From NCBI GenBank assembly GCA_015229165.1, contig JADGCD010000003.1:1-41006 (forward strand): a DNA stretch of 41,006 bases, read 5' to 3'. The stretch is from Nitrospinota bacterium. GTDB lineage: Bacteria; Nitrospinota_A; UBA7883; JADGGD01. Position 1 is the first letter of the stretch; every line of letters begins with the position of its first letter. A program made the translations under genes and the position numbers. Shown here one piece after another: positions 1 through 7,560 of the stretch. The notes beneath the pieces are model-generated. The model saw only the letters and a program-made list of their open reading frames with translations, searched no databases and had not been told where the DNA came from.

Positions 1-245
1 AAGAGCCAGGCGGCCACCGGCGCTCCCGAGACCCCCATCGCCACGAATATGAGAATGAAACCGAGCAGGGAGAGGAGGGCGACGAAAATCCCTTGTTTCG
101 CCGCTCCGGCGGCGCCCTTCCCGTCGGCGCCCAACGCGAAACCGACGATCAGCGCAAGGAAAAAGGGAATGATCTGCATCAGGCAGAATATCCAGACGGA
201 GAAATAGTTCCCCACGGCGCCGAAGAATGCGTCGCTGCCGGTCAT
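1..245 (-). CDS. CcdA/DsbD-transmembrane-like cytochrome c biogenesis membrane protein (3' end outside window)
   Basis: Not in the ORF track. Manual translation from ATG 245 (ATGA overlap with the upstream stop): MTGSDAFFGAVGNYFSVWIFCLMQIIPFFLALIVG...LLGFILIFVAMGVSG. The hydrophobic pattern resembles the CcdA N-terminus (C-x4-P-x-L, then LGF..F.A.G). Confidence 0.6.
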   Translation of the reverse strand, partial: MTGSDAFFGAVGNYFSVWIFCLMQIIPFFLALIVGFALGADGKGAAGAAKQGIFVALLSLLGFILIFVAMGVSGAPVAAWL

Positions 246-829
246 GCCCCCTCTCCCGCCGACGGAGCCCCGAAAATGGTGTCGAGCCCGCCGGTCATCT
301 GCCCCCACGTCTCGATCTTGCCGACATGAATGAACCGGACGATCCCCCCACCATCGACAAAGATCGTGGTGGGGGTCACCTGCACACCGGCGGACTTGGC
401 GATATCTTCGCCCGCCTCGCTGGTGATGACCGGGAAGGCCAACGTATGGAGCCGGACGAACTGCTCCAACCGTTCGGGCTGATCCTGTATCCCAACCCCG
501 ACGACTGAAAGACCCCGGTCCCGGTACTCTTCCTCCGCCCTTTTCACCCACCCGATCGACTCGTGGGAGCAGGGACACCAGTTGGCGAAGAAGAAGTAAA
601 GGAGGGGCTTGCCCGCAAACGACGATCCCGTCAAGGAAACGCCCCCCCTGCCGCTGGCCTCGAAGGGGGGGAAAGGATCGCCGACCTTTAATGTTTCATT
701 AATCGATGCATCATTTGAGACGACGTAGTTGAACAGAATATTCAGGATCAGCGCCAGGGCGAGCAATAGAATGATCTGGTTGCGTCTGCCAAGGAGAAAC
801 GTCTCTCCTCCGGCCTGTTCGTCGCTCAT
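242..829 (-). CDS. Membrane-anchored TlpA/ResA-like thioredoxin-fold (redoxin) protein with atypical WCPCS site
   Basis: N-terminal TM helix, LKVGDPFPPF, GKPLLYFFFANWCPCS, cis-Pro motif VTPTTIFVD..G.VRF. Confidence 0.85.
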   Translation of the reverse strand: MSDEQAGGETFLLGRRNQIILLLALALILNILFNYVVSNDASINETLKVGDPFPPFEASGRGGVSLTGSSFAGKPLLYFFFANWCPCSHESIGWVKRAEEEYRDRGLSVVGVGIQDQPERLEQFVRLHTLAFPVITSEAGEDIAKSAGVQVTPTTIFVDGGGIVRFIHVGKIETWGQMTGGLDTIFGAPSAGEGA

Positions 830-878
830 CCTGTTTCACCGCCAGAAGGTTGTCGATACCGGCTCGCCGCCCGACCGG

Positions 879-1487
879 TCACGGCGCGGAAGGGGTTCCC
901 GTATTCCCGTCGGACTTGCCGAGCTGCTTCTGGAGCTCTTCGGCTCCGGACATGTGCCCCATTTTCAGCTTGTCCATCTTCATGAGAACCGATTCGATGG
1001 GGCGTTCGGCGACCGGCGTCTTGTAGAGGGCAAACAGCGCAGGATAGTCGCCGATCAGCTTTTTCATGTCCTCCTCCCGGAAGTCGGACTCCCAGTTCCC
1101 AACTAGTGCATTCCAGACTTGGGCGATGACCACCGCCTGCGCCTCCGTCACCCCGCGAAACTCCAGATCGGGGCGGGTCTTCCGGTAGTTCTGGACGAAG
1201 CTTTGCATGTGGGGAACCACCGCCACGAACGGCGCGCCGCACCGGGAGCAGTACATCTTGATCCGCTCCTCGGAATGGCACTGGGTGCAGACCTTCTTCG
1301 CCAGCGCATAGGCCTCCGTCGGCTGGTACTCGACATACCCGGACGCCTTCAGCCAATCGAGGGCTTTCGCCCGGAGCGGATTGTCGACATTGGCGACCAC
1401 CCCTAGAGCCACCGCAAACACAAGGGCGACAGTGATCGGGATGATTTTCCGCTTTCGATCAGAGGATGACGTTTCGTTCAGTTTCAT
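879..1487 (-). CDS. Membrane-anchored monoheme c-type cytochrome with additional CxxC
   Basis: N-terminal hydrophobic helix, CTQCH heme-binding motif, then YCSRCG and a downstream HM. Co-oriented with the TlpA-like and CcdA-like genes. Confidence 0.7.
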   Translation of the reverse strand: MKLNETSSSDRKRKIIPITVALVFAVALGVVANVDNPLRAKALDWLKASGYVEYQPTEAYALAKKVCTQCHSEERIKMYCSRCGAPFVAVVPHMQSFVQNYRKTRPDLEFRGVTEAQAVVIAQVWNALVGNWESDFREEDMKKLIGDYPALFALYKTPVAERPIESVLMKMDKLKMGHMSGAEELQKQLGKSDGNTGTPSAP

Positions 1488-1498
1488 TCCGTTTGAAG

Positions 1499-1516
1499 AA
1501 GCAGATTGCGTGCCAG
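1499..1516 (-). promoter_or_regulatory. sigma54 (-24/-12) promoter for the cytochrome c-TlpA-CcdA unit
   Basis: Minus strand reads CTGGCACGCAATCTGCTT, a GG-N10-GC close to the consensus YTGGCACG-N4-TTGCW. Confidence 0.75.
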
Positions 1517-1574
1517 CATGCCCACCACCCGAACGATTTCCGGGCAGTGCCCGCTCAGATCGCTTCCAACGCGG

Positions 1575-1591
1575 TTGGTATATTCCTTGCT
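1575..1591 (+). promoter_or_regulatory. sigma54 (-24/-12) promoter for the USP-radical SAM operon
   Basis: TTGGTATATTCCTTGCT with GG(1577-78)-N10-GC(1589-90), 55 nt before ATG 1646. Confidence 0.65.
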
Positions 1592-1645
1592 CCCCCCTGT
1601 CGCCAGATGCAATGCGGGTTTTTCAGGAGAGGGGCATTACGACCT

Positions 1646-2830
1646 ATGTACCGAAACATTCTTGTGACCCTGGACAACTCCCGCTACTCGCTCTGGGGGC
1701 TGGAGCGGGCGCTGGAGCTGGCGACGAATTTCAAGGCGACACTCGTGGGGAACCATGTCTACGCCTCCCGGCTTCACGAGAAGCGCTTCGTCCAGATGGA
1801 GCCGGGACTGCCGGCCCAGTATCAGGAGCCTGCGGAGCTGCAGAAGCAGCGGGACATCCACGCCGAGCTTATCGAACGGGGATTGCAGGTCATCTCCGAT
1901 TCCTACCTCGACGTCTTCCAGAGCCGGTGCGACTCGAGCGGCGTCGCCTGCTCCCGCAAGATGATGGAGGGGAAGAACTATCTTGAACTGGTGAGAGACA
2001 TCGACCAGTCGTCCTACGACCTGGTCGCCATCGGGGCCAGGGGGCTGGGCGAGGTGGAGGACGCGGCCCTCGGATCGGTCTGCGAGCGGGTGACGCGGCG
2101 GATTTCCATCGACGCGCTGGTCATGAAAAACGACAAGCCGCTGCGCGGCGGGCATGTGGTGGTCGGTGTTGACGGCAGCGAACAGTCGTTCGCCGCCGTC
2201 GCCTCGGCCATCGCCATGTGCAAGCACATGGGGTGCCGCATGACACTCCTTGCGGTCTTCGATCCCTTCTTCCATTACAAGGCGTTCGACACCATCGCCG
2301 AAGTCCTCTCGGAGGAGGCGGGAAAGACCTTCCGGTTCGACGAGCAGGAGAAGCTCCACAAGGAGATCATCGACTCGGGGCTCGAGAAGATCTACCGGGA
2401 CCATCTGGATACCGCCGCGCTCATGGCGAAGAAGGAGGGGATCGAGGCCGCCTCCGAATTGCTGGCGGGCAAGCCGTACCACGCGATTCTTCAGTGGATC
2501 GGGGACCGGGAGGTTTCCCTGCTCGCCCTCGGCAAAGTGGGCGCCCACTGCGTGGACGAACAGGATATCGGCTCAAACACCGAAAAGCTGCTCCGCTACG
2601 CCCCCTGCAACGTCATGCTGGTCAGCCGGAAGGTCAAGCCCGATGACGACGCCGACATGCCGTTGGCCGAGCTGAACTGGACCGACGAGGCCCAGGAGAT
2701 GCTGATGCGGGTTCCGGGCTTCGTCCGGAACATGGTCCGGGGACACATGGAAAAGAACGCCCGCAACGCCGGGGCCGACACCATCACCGGGGCGATGATG
2801 CGGGAGGCCCGCGAAAAGATGGGAATGTGA
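1646..2830 (+). CDS. Tandem universal stress protein with C-terminal PCP_red (BchB C-terminal-like) domain
   Basis: Start moved to MYRNILVTLDNS (AGGAG upstream). Two USP domains (GSVCERVTR, VVVGVDGSEQS, GSNTEKLLRYAPCNV) and a C-terminal WTDEA..L.RVPGFVR..VR...E motif. Confidence 0.88.
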   Translation: MYRNILVTLDNSRYSLWGLERALELATNFKATLVGNHVYASRLHEKRFVQMEPGLPAQYQEPAELQKQRDIHAELIERGLQVISDSYLDVFQSRCDSSGVACSRKMMEGKNYLELVRDIDQSSYDLVAIGARGLGEVEDAALGSVCERVTRRISIDALVMKNDKPLRGGHVVVGVDGSEQSFAAVASAIAMCKHMGCRMTLLAVFDPFFHYKAFDTIAEVLSEEAGKTFRFDEQEKLHKEIIDSGLEKIYRDHLDTAALMAKKEGIEAASELLAGKPYHAILQWIGDREVSLLALGKVGAHCVDEQDIGSNTEKLLRYAPCNVMLVSRKVKPDDDADMPLAELNWTDEAQEMLMRVPGFVRNMVRGHMEKNARNAGADTITGAMMREAREKMGM

Positions 2831-2831
2831 C

Positions 2832-4691
2832 ATGACGTTCGTCCCCTACGCCGTCTCGTGGAACCTGACCGGCCGCTGCAATCTGGCGTGCGACCATTGC
2901 TACCTCGACGCCAACGCCCGCACCTGCGGCGACGACGGGGAGCTGACCACGGAGCAGGCGATCGACACGGTGGGCCAGATCGCCGCGCTAAACCCCGAAT
3001 CGGTCCTCATCCTGACCGGGGGGGAGCCGCTCTTGCGCCACGACCTCGACCGGATCGTCGGGGCGGCCGCGGCGGCCGGGTTGATGGTCGTTCTGGGAAC
3101 CAACGGCGTCCTGCTCGACCGGAGCGCCGCACGGCGGCTCAAAGAGGCGGGACTCGCCGGTGTCGGCGTCAGTATCGATTCGCTCGACCCCCTGATCCAC
3201 GACACCTTCCGGCGGAAGCGCGGAGCCCTTTCGGCGTCCATGCAGGGGCTCGCTTTCGCCCGCGAGGAGGGGTTAAGCGTCCAGGTGCAGACCACCGTCA
3301 TGCGGTCGAACATCCGGGACATCCCTCTCATCGCCCAGTGGGCCCACCATATCGGCGCGAAGGTCTTCAACCTCTTCTTCCTCGTCTGCGTCGGACGGGG
3401 GGAGCAGATGACCGACATTTCGCCGACGCAGTACGAAGAGACGCTGCGCTGGGCCGCCTCGGAGAAGGACCGCTTTCCCGGCATGATGGTCCGCCCCAAA
3501 TGCGCCCCCCACTTCAAGCGAATCCTCCACCAGAACAACCCGGACGACCCGCTCCTCTCCACCTATGTCGCCGCCTGCCGGGCCGGAACCCACTACCTGC
3601 GGATCACCCCGCACGGCGCGGTGACCCCCTGTCCCTACATGGAGACCCAGGCCGGCTCGCTGACGCGGACCTCGTTGTCCGCCATATGGGCCGACGCGCC
3701 GGAGTTGACCCGGTTCCGCCGCCCCGATTACGAAGGGAAATGCGGACGGTGCCGCTACCGGCTCCTCTGCGGCGGTTGCCGCGCGCGGGCGCTGGCGACG
3801 GTCGGCGACCCGATGGGGGAAGACCAGTGGTGCGTTTACGAGCCGGTCGGCGTCGAGGCGCCCATCACCACCGTCGATACCGACGCCAAATTCGGCGTAA
3901 AAGGTGAAAGCAGCCTGGCGTGGGACGCCGACGCCGAGGCGATACTCGGGAAGATTCCCTTTTTCGCCCGCCCGATGGTCCGGATGGGGGTCGAGCGCCG
4001 GGCGATGGCGGAGAAGGTCGAACGAATCACCCTCGAATACTTCCGGCGCGTCTCCCCCTCCCCCCGGATGTTCGGCGACGCGGCGCCCCCCTCCCCCGTC
4101 ACGGTCGAAACGGCGACGGACGCCGCCGAAATTCCGTGGACGCCGGACGCGAAGGAGCGGGTCTCCCATGCGCCCGAGTTCGTCCGCCCCGGCATCCCGA
4201 AGCTGATGCAGAAACGGGCGTGCGAACGGGGCAAAACGGTCATCGACAGCGCGTTCCTGAGCGAAATCCGGGACGAGTCAATGATGCTGGCCTCCCGGCG
4301 GATAAAGAAGCTCGGAATCGACGAGCTTTCCATGGACGCATGGGACGCGGCGCGGAAGAAGCTTTTCGCCAAATCCCCTGAGAAGATTCAGGTCATCGAT
4401 ACCATCACAGAGCTGCTCAACGGCCGCGAACAGAAGAACGGACCTATCGTCGAACGTTTTTCCGGCTACATGGCCGACTCCCTGGGGAAAAAGCTCGGGT
4501 GGTCGAAAGAAGCGCGCCTGCGCATGGAGCGTGCGCCCGCCTTCGTCCGGGAGAAGGCGGCCCGGGCGGTGGAAGGATTCGCCCGGGAGAACGGATACCG
4601 GATCGTGAACGAAGAAGCATTGGACAAAGCGCTGGCGCAGATGCCTTTTGGCGCCATGACCGGCGCGTCGCCGTCGCCCGACCGGACGTAA
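2832..4691 (+). CDS. Radical SAM/SPASM protein, AhbD/NirJ-like, with three C-terminal PCP_red domains
   Basis: CNLACDHC, GGEPLLR, GTNG, FFLVCVGRG, PKCAPH; SPASM cysteines CRAG..CPY..CGRC..CGGCRARA..DQWC; three W-x3-A-x6-P-x-F-x-R repeats. Confidence 0.88.
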   Translation: MTFVPYAVSWNLTGRCNLACDHCYLDANARTCGDDGELTTEQAIDTVGQIAALNPESVLILTGGEPLLRHDLDRIVGAAAAAGLMVVLGTNGVLLDRSAARRLKEAGLAGVGVSIDSLDPLIHDTFRRKRGALSASMQGLAFAREEGLSVQVQTTVMRSNIRDIPLIAQWAHHIGAKVFNLFFLVCVGRGEQMTDISPTQYEETLRWAASEKDRFPGMMVRPKCAPHFKRILHQNNPDDPLLSTYVAACRAGTHYLRITPHGAVTPCPYMETQAGSLTRTSLSAIWADAPELTRFRRPDYEGKCGRCRYRLLCGGCRARALATVGDPMGEDQWCVYEPVGVEAPITTVDTDAKFGVKGESSLAWDADAEAILGKIPFFARPMVRMGVERRAMAEKVERITLEYFRRVSPSPRMFGDAAPPSPVTVETATDAAEIPWTPDAKERVSHAPEFVRPGIPKLMQKRACERGKTVIDSAFLSEIRDESMMLASRRIKKLGIDELSMDAWDAARKKLFAKSPEKIQVIDTITELLNGREQKNGPIVERFSGYMADSLGKKLGWSKEARLRMERAPAFVREKAARAVEGFARENGYRIVNEEALDKALAQMPFGAMTGASPSPDRT

Positions 4692-4732
4692 TCACCGGCG
4701 CCTACCGACAAACGTACAACGAGGAACAGATC

Positions 4733-5326
4733 ATGACCATTCGCAGGACTTCTTCACGGCTTCAGCCGCACCCCTTGGCGACCCGTCTGCTGATCGGCGG
4801 TTTCGCATCGCTGATAACGCTTCTGCCGACAGCGGCGTCGGCGGAGCATCAGGTGGCCGACGAACATGAAGTCCATTTCGACAGCGCCACCGAAAAGCAG
4901 ATCGGCAAAGAAACGTTGCACGAGCTGTCGCAGTTCTTCCACGATGCGGAAATCGCATTGGAGACGGAAGACATGGACGCCATCATGGCCCTCTACTCGG
5001 ACGGTTACGCCAACGGCCCTCACAACAAGGCGTCGCTGATCCCGATCTGGAAGCGGATCTTCCGCGACTTTGACAACCTCTACACCAAACACAACATGCG
5101 CGTCGTCACCGAGTCGGGCGATAGTCCGGTGATGATCATCCGGTGCAGCGGCATCCTGATGGGGACCCCCAAGGGGGAGTCGAATGCGGTCGCCATTGCG
5201 CTCGACTACTGGATCAACAACGACCACATCCTCGTGAAGGAAAAAGGGACGTGGCGTCTCGTCGGCACCACCGGAAAAGAGCAGAAACGGTTCGGGTTCG
5301 ACACGCCGATCCATCCGCTTTTCTGA
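4733..5326 (+). CDS. Exported protein, probable NTF2/SnoaL-like fold
   Basis: GAGGA RBS before ATG 4733; signal-like segment ending ASA; ALETEDMDAIMALYSDGY and LVKEKGTWRLV are typical of NTF2-like proteins. Confidence 0.65.
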   Translation: MTIRRTSSRLQPHPLATRLLIGGFASLITLLPTAASAEHQVADEHEVHFDSATEKQIGKETLHELSQFFHDAEIALETEDMDAIMALYSDGYANGPHNKASLIPIWKRIFRDFDNLYTKHNMRVVTESGDSPVMIIRCSGILMGTPKGESNAVAIALDYWINNDHILVKEKGTWRLVGTTGKEQKRFGFDTPIHPLF

Positions 5327-5347
5327 ACCGAAACAAAGGGGGCCGCA

Positions 5348-6061
5348 ATGAACATCCGGTACACACCCGCTCTTGCGCTGATGGCGGTCATCGCAGCGGG
5401 CTCTTCCGACGTGGTCGCCGCCAAGGATCACGGACTGGCCACGTTCAGGGACAAGCTGAGCTACAGCATCGGCGCCCAGATCGGCGGCAACCTGAAGCGG
5501 GACAAGCTCGATCTGGAGATCGAAACGGTTCTGCGCGGCGTGAAAGACGCCTTCCTTGCCAAGGGATCCGTCCTGACGACGGAGGAGATGCAGGAGACGC
5601 TCGTCGCCTTCCAGCAGCGTCAGGAGAAGGATAAGGCGGCATGGCGCAAGTCCGAAGGGGAGAAGAACCGGCGCGCCGGGAAGGCGTTCCTCGAAAAGAA
5701 CCGCGCCGCCACGGGGGTAATCACCACCGCCAGCGGGTTGCAGTACAAGGAACTAAAGAAGGGAAAGGGGCCGCGTCCCGGCCTCGCCGACGAGGTGAAA
5801 GTCCATTACCGGGGTTCGCTCATCGACGGGACGGAATTCGACAGCTCCTATCCGGCGGGCGAACCGGCGGTCTTTGGGCTCAACGGGGTCATCCCCGGAT
5901 GGGTCGAAGGACTGCAATTGATGCCGCTGGGCTCCACCTACCGGTTCTTCATCCCCCCCCATCTCGCCTATGGCGACCGGGGGGCGGGGACTACCATAGG
6001 CCCAGACGCCACCCTGATATTCGACGTGGAGCTTCTGGACATCCGGACGGCCAGGAACTGA
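5348..6061 (+). CDS. fkpA: FKBP-type peptidyl-prolyl isomerase (FkpA/Mip-like)
   Basis: Signal peptide, KLSYSIG (FKBP_N), TTASGLQY, VHYRGSLIDGTEFDSS, VIPGWVEGL, IPPHLAYG, LIFDVELL. Confidence 0.93.
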   Translation: MNIRYTPALALMAVIAAGSSDVVAAKDHGLATFRDKLSYSIGAQIGGNLKRDKLDLEIETVLRGVKDAFLAKGSVLTTEEMQETLVAFQQRQEKDKAAWRKSEGEKNRRAGKAFLEKNRAATGVITTASGLQYKELKKGKGPRPGLADEVKVHYRGSLIDGTEFDSSYPAGEPAVFGLNGVIPGWVEGLQLMPLGSTYRFFIPPHLAYGDRGAGTTIGPDATLIFDVELLDIRTARN

Positions 6062-6086
6062 TCGCGACCGACGCAAGGAGCCACGC

Positions 6087-6506
6087 ATGACCAGTACTCT
6101 CGCCCGGACCGTGACGTCGCTGGGTCTTTTCCTGCTCATCTGCGCCCCCCCGGCGGCGCGCGCCGCCCACGACGGACTCACGACCTACGTCTTCTACTAC
6201 CACGCAGACTGGTGAACCGCCTGCGGGAAGATGGGTCCCATCTTCGAACAGTTGAAAAGGGAAAGCGCCGACCCCGGGGTCGTGTACGTCAGGTTCGACC
6301 TGAGCGACGACCTCGGCGCGGCTATCGCCAAGGAGGTAGCCGCCGGATACGGCGTAGCGGATATTTTCGCCTACGCTCGGCGGACCGGTTTTATTGTGCT
6401 GGTGGACGCCAAGACGAAAAAGGCTGTCGAGACGCTGGACATCACCATGAGCGCCGACCGCATGCGGCAGGCGATCAGGGCCGCCGCCCGTCGGTCGGGC
6501 GCATGA
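6087..6506 (+). CDS. Exported thioredoxin-fold selenoprotein (UxxC; in-frame TGA at 6213-6215 read as Sec)
   Basis: AAGGAG RBS at 6075-6080, ATG 6087, signal peptide (..AARA), then FYYHADW-TGA-TAC-GKMGPIFEQL, in frame with the track ORF 6231..6506. The TGA sits at the first Cys of the Trx WCxxC motif. Confidence 0.85.
6227..6245 (+). promoter_or_regulatory. Bacterial SECIS-like stem-loop
   Basis: Perfect 8-bp stem GAAGATGG/CCATCTTC with apical GGUC. The stem starts 11 nt and the loop about 19 nt after the UGA, consistent with bacterial SECIS geometry. Confidence 0.75.
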
Positions 6507-6525
6507 CGAGAGGGGAGACCGGGGC

Positions 6526-7560
6526 ATGAGCGGGATGCGGCGCTGGCTGCCGGCTTTTGCGGCGGGGTTTGTCATTCTCGCAGCGACGCCCGCCGCCCGG
6601 GCCGAGACGCGCGAGTTCCGCATGACTATCGAGCAGACCACCATCACCGTGGCGCCCGACCTCGATTACGCGGTCTTCGGCTACAACGGCCAGACGCCAG
6701 GGCCGCTGATCCACGTCCGGCAGGGGGACGACGTGGTCGTCCATGTCACCAACAACACCCTGATGCCCCATACCATCCACTGGCACGGCGTCTACCAGAC
6801 CGACAACTGGCGTCTCGACGGGGTCCCCGGCGTCACCCAGGAGGAGATCCGCCCCGCCGGGGGAACCTTCACCTACCGGTGGAAGGCGGAGAAAAGCGGG
6901 TCGCTCTGGTACCACTGCCACGTCAACGTCAGCGAGCATGTCGCCATCCGCGGGATGTGGGGGCCTATCGTGGTCGATCCCCTCACGCCGACCCCCGAGG
7001 AGAAGCGGGTCACCAAAGAGGCGCTCTTTATGCTCTCGACGTGGGACAGCCACTTCGCCGGGATGTGGGGTCAGGGAGGCGCCCCCCACGACATGCCCGA
7101 TTACTTTTCGGTCAACGCCAAATGCTTTCCGATCACCCACCCCCTTCGGGTGAAGAAGGGGGATGTGGTCCGCTTCCGCTTCTTCGCCGTCGGCATGTCG
7201 ATTCACACACTCCACCTCCACGGCCACGACATGCTGGTCACCCACAAGGACGGGACGCCGCTTCCGCAACCGTACTGGGTTGACACCCTGATGATTGGTC
7301 CGGGGGAGCGGTACGACGCCATCGTCGAGATGAACAATCCCGGACTCTTCATCTTTCACGACCATGTGGACTCCCACATGACCAACAACGGCAAGGACCC
7401 GGGAGGTCCGATCACCATTATCGAGTACGACGGGGTTAAGCGCCCCGATTTCTATATCTGGAAAGACAAGGAATACGACGCCAACTTCTTCTATTCGGAA
7501 TCGATGCGCCGAGGCTACGGCCTGTTCGAATGGAGCGGTTTCAAAGGAAAGGGACGGTAA
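6526..7560 (+). CDS. Two-domain multicopper oxidase, type C (Nitrosomonas blue copper oxidase/NcgA-like)
   Basis: Signal peptide. Domain 1 has HTIHWHG and WYHCHVNVSEHVAIRGM (T1 Cys/His/Met); domain 2 has HTLHLHGH and FHDHVDSH (no Cys). Confidence 0.9.
   Translation: MSGMRRWLPAFAAGFVILAATPAARAETREFRMTIEQTTITVAPDLDYAVFGYNGQTPGPLIHVRQGDDVVVHVTNNTLMPHTIHWHGVYQTDNWRLDGVPGVTQEEIRPAGGTFTYRWKAEKSGSLWYHCHVNVSEHVAIRGMWGPIVVDPLTPTPEEKRVTKEALFMLSTWDSHFAGMWGQGGAPHDMPDYFSVNAKCFPITHPLRVKKGDVVRFRFFAVGMSIHTLHLHGHDMLVTHKDGTPLPQPYWVDTLMIGPGERYDAIVEMNNPGLFIFHDHVDSHMTNNGKDPGGPITIIEYDGVKRPDFYIWKDKEYDANFFYSESMRRGYGLFEWSGFKGKGR

Noticed and set aside
1646-4691. Chlorophyll biosynthesis (DPOR) genes
   Set aside because: Only the small PCP_red tail is shared; there are no BchL/N/B catalytic domains.
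6087-6506. Thioredoxin pseudogene (nonsense mutation), or the short track ORF 6231..6506 as the real gene
   Set aside because: The TGA falls exactly on the catalytic position and is followed by a SECIS-like stem. The rest of the gene is intact, and the short ORF lacks both the active site and the signal peptide.
6526-7560. Copper nitrite reductase NirK
   Set aside because: It has HxH pairs in all four motifs (HWH, HCH, HLH, HDH), as in oxidases with a trinuclear cluster, not the NirK type 2 site pattern.
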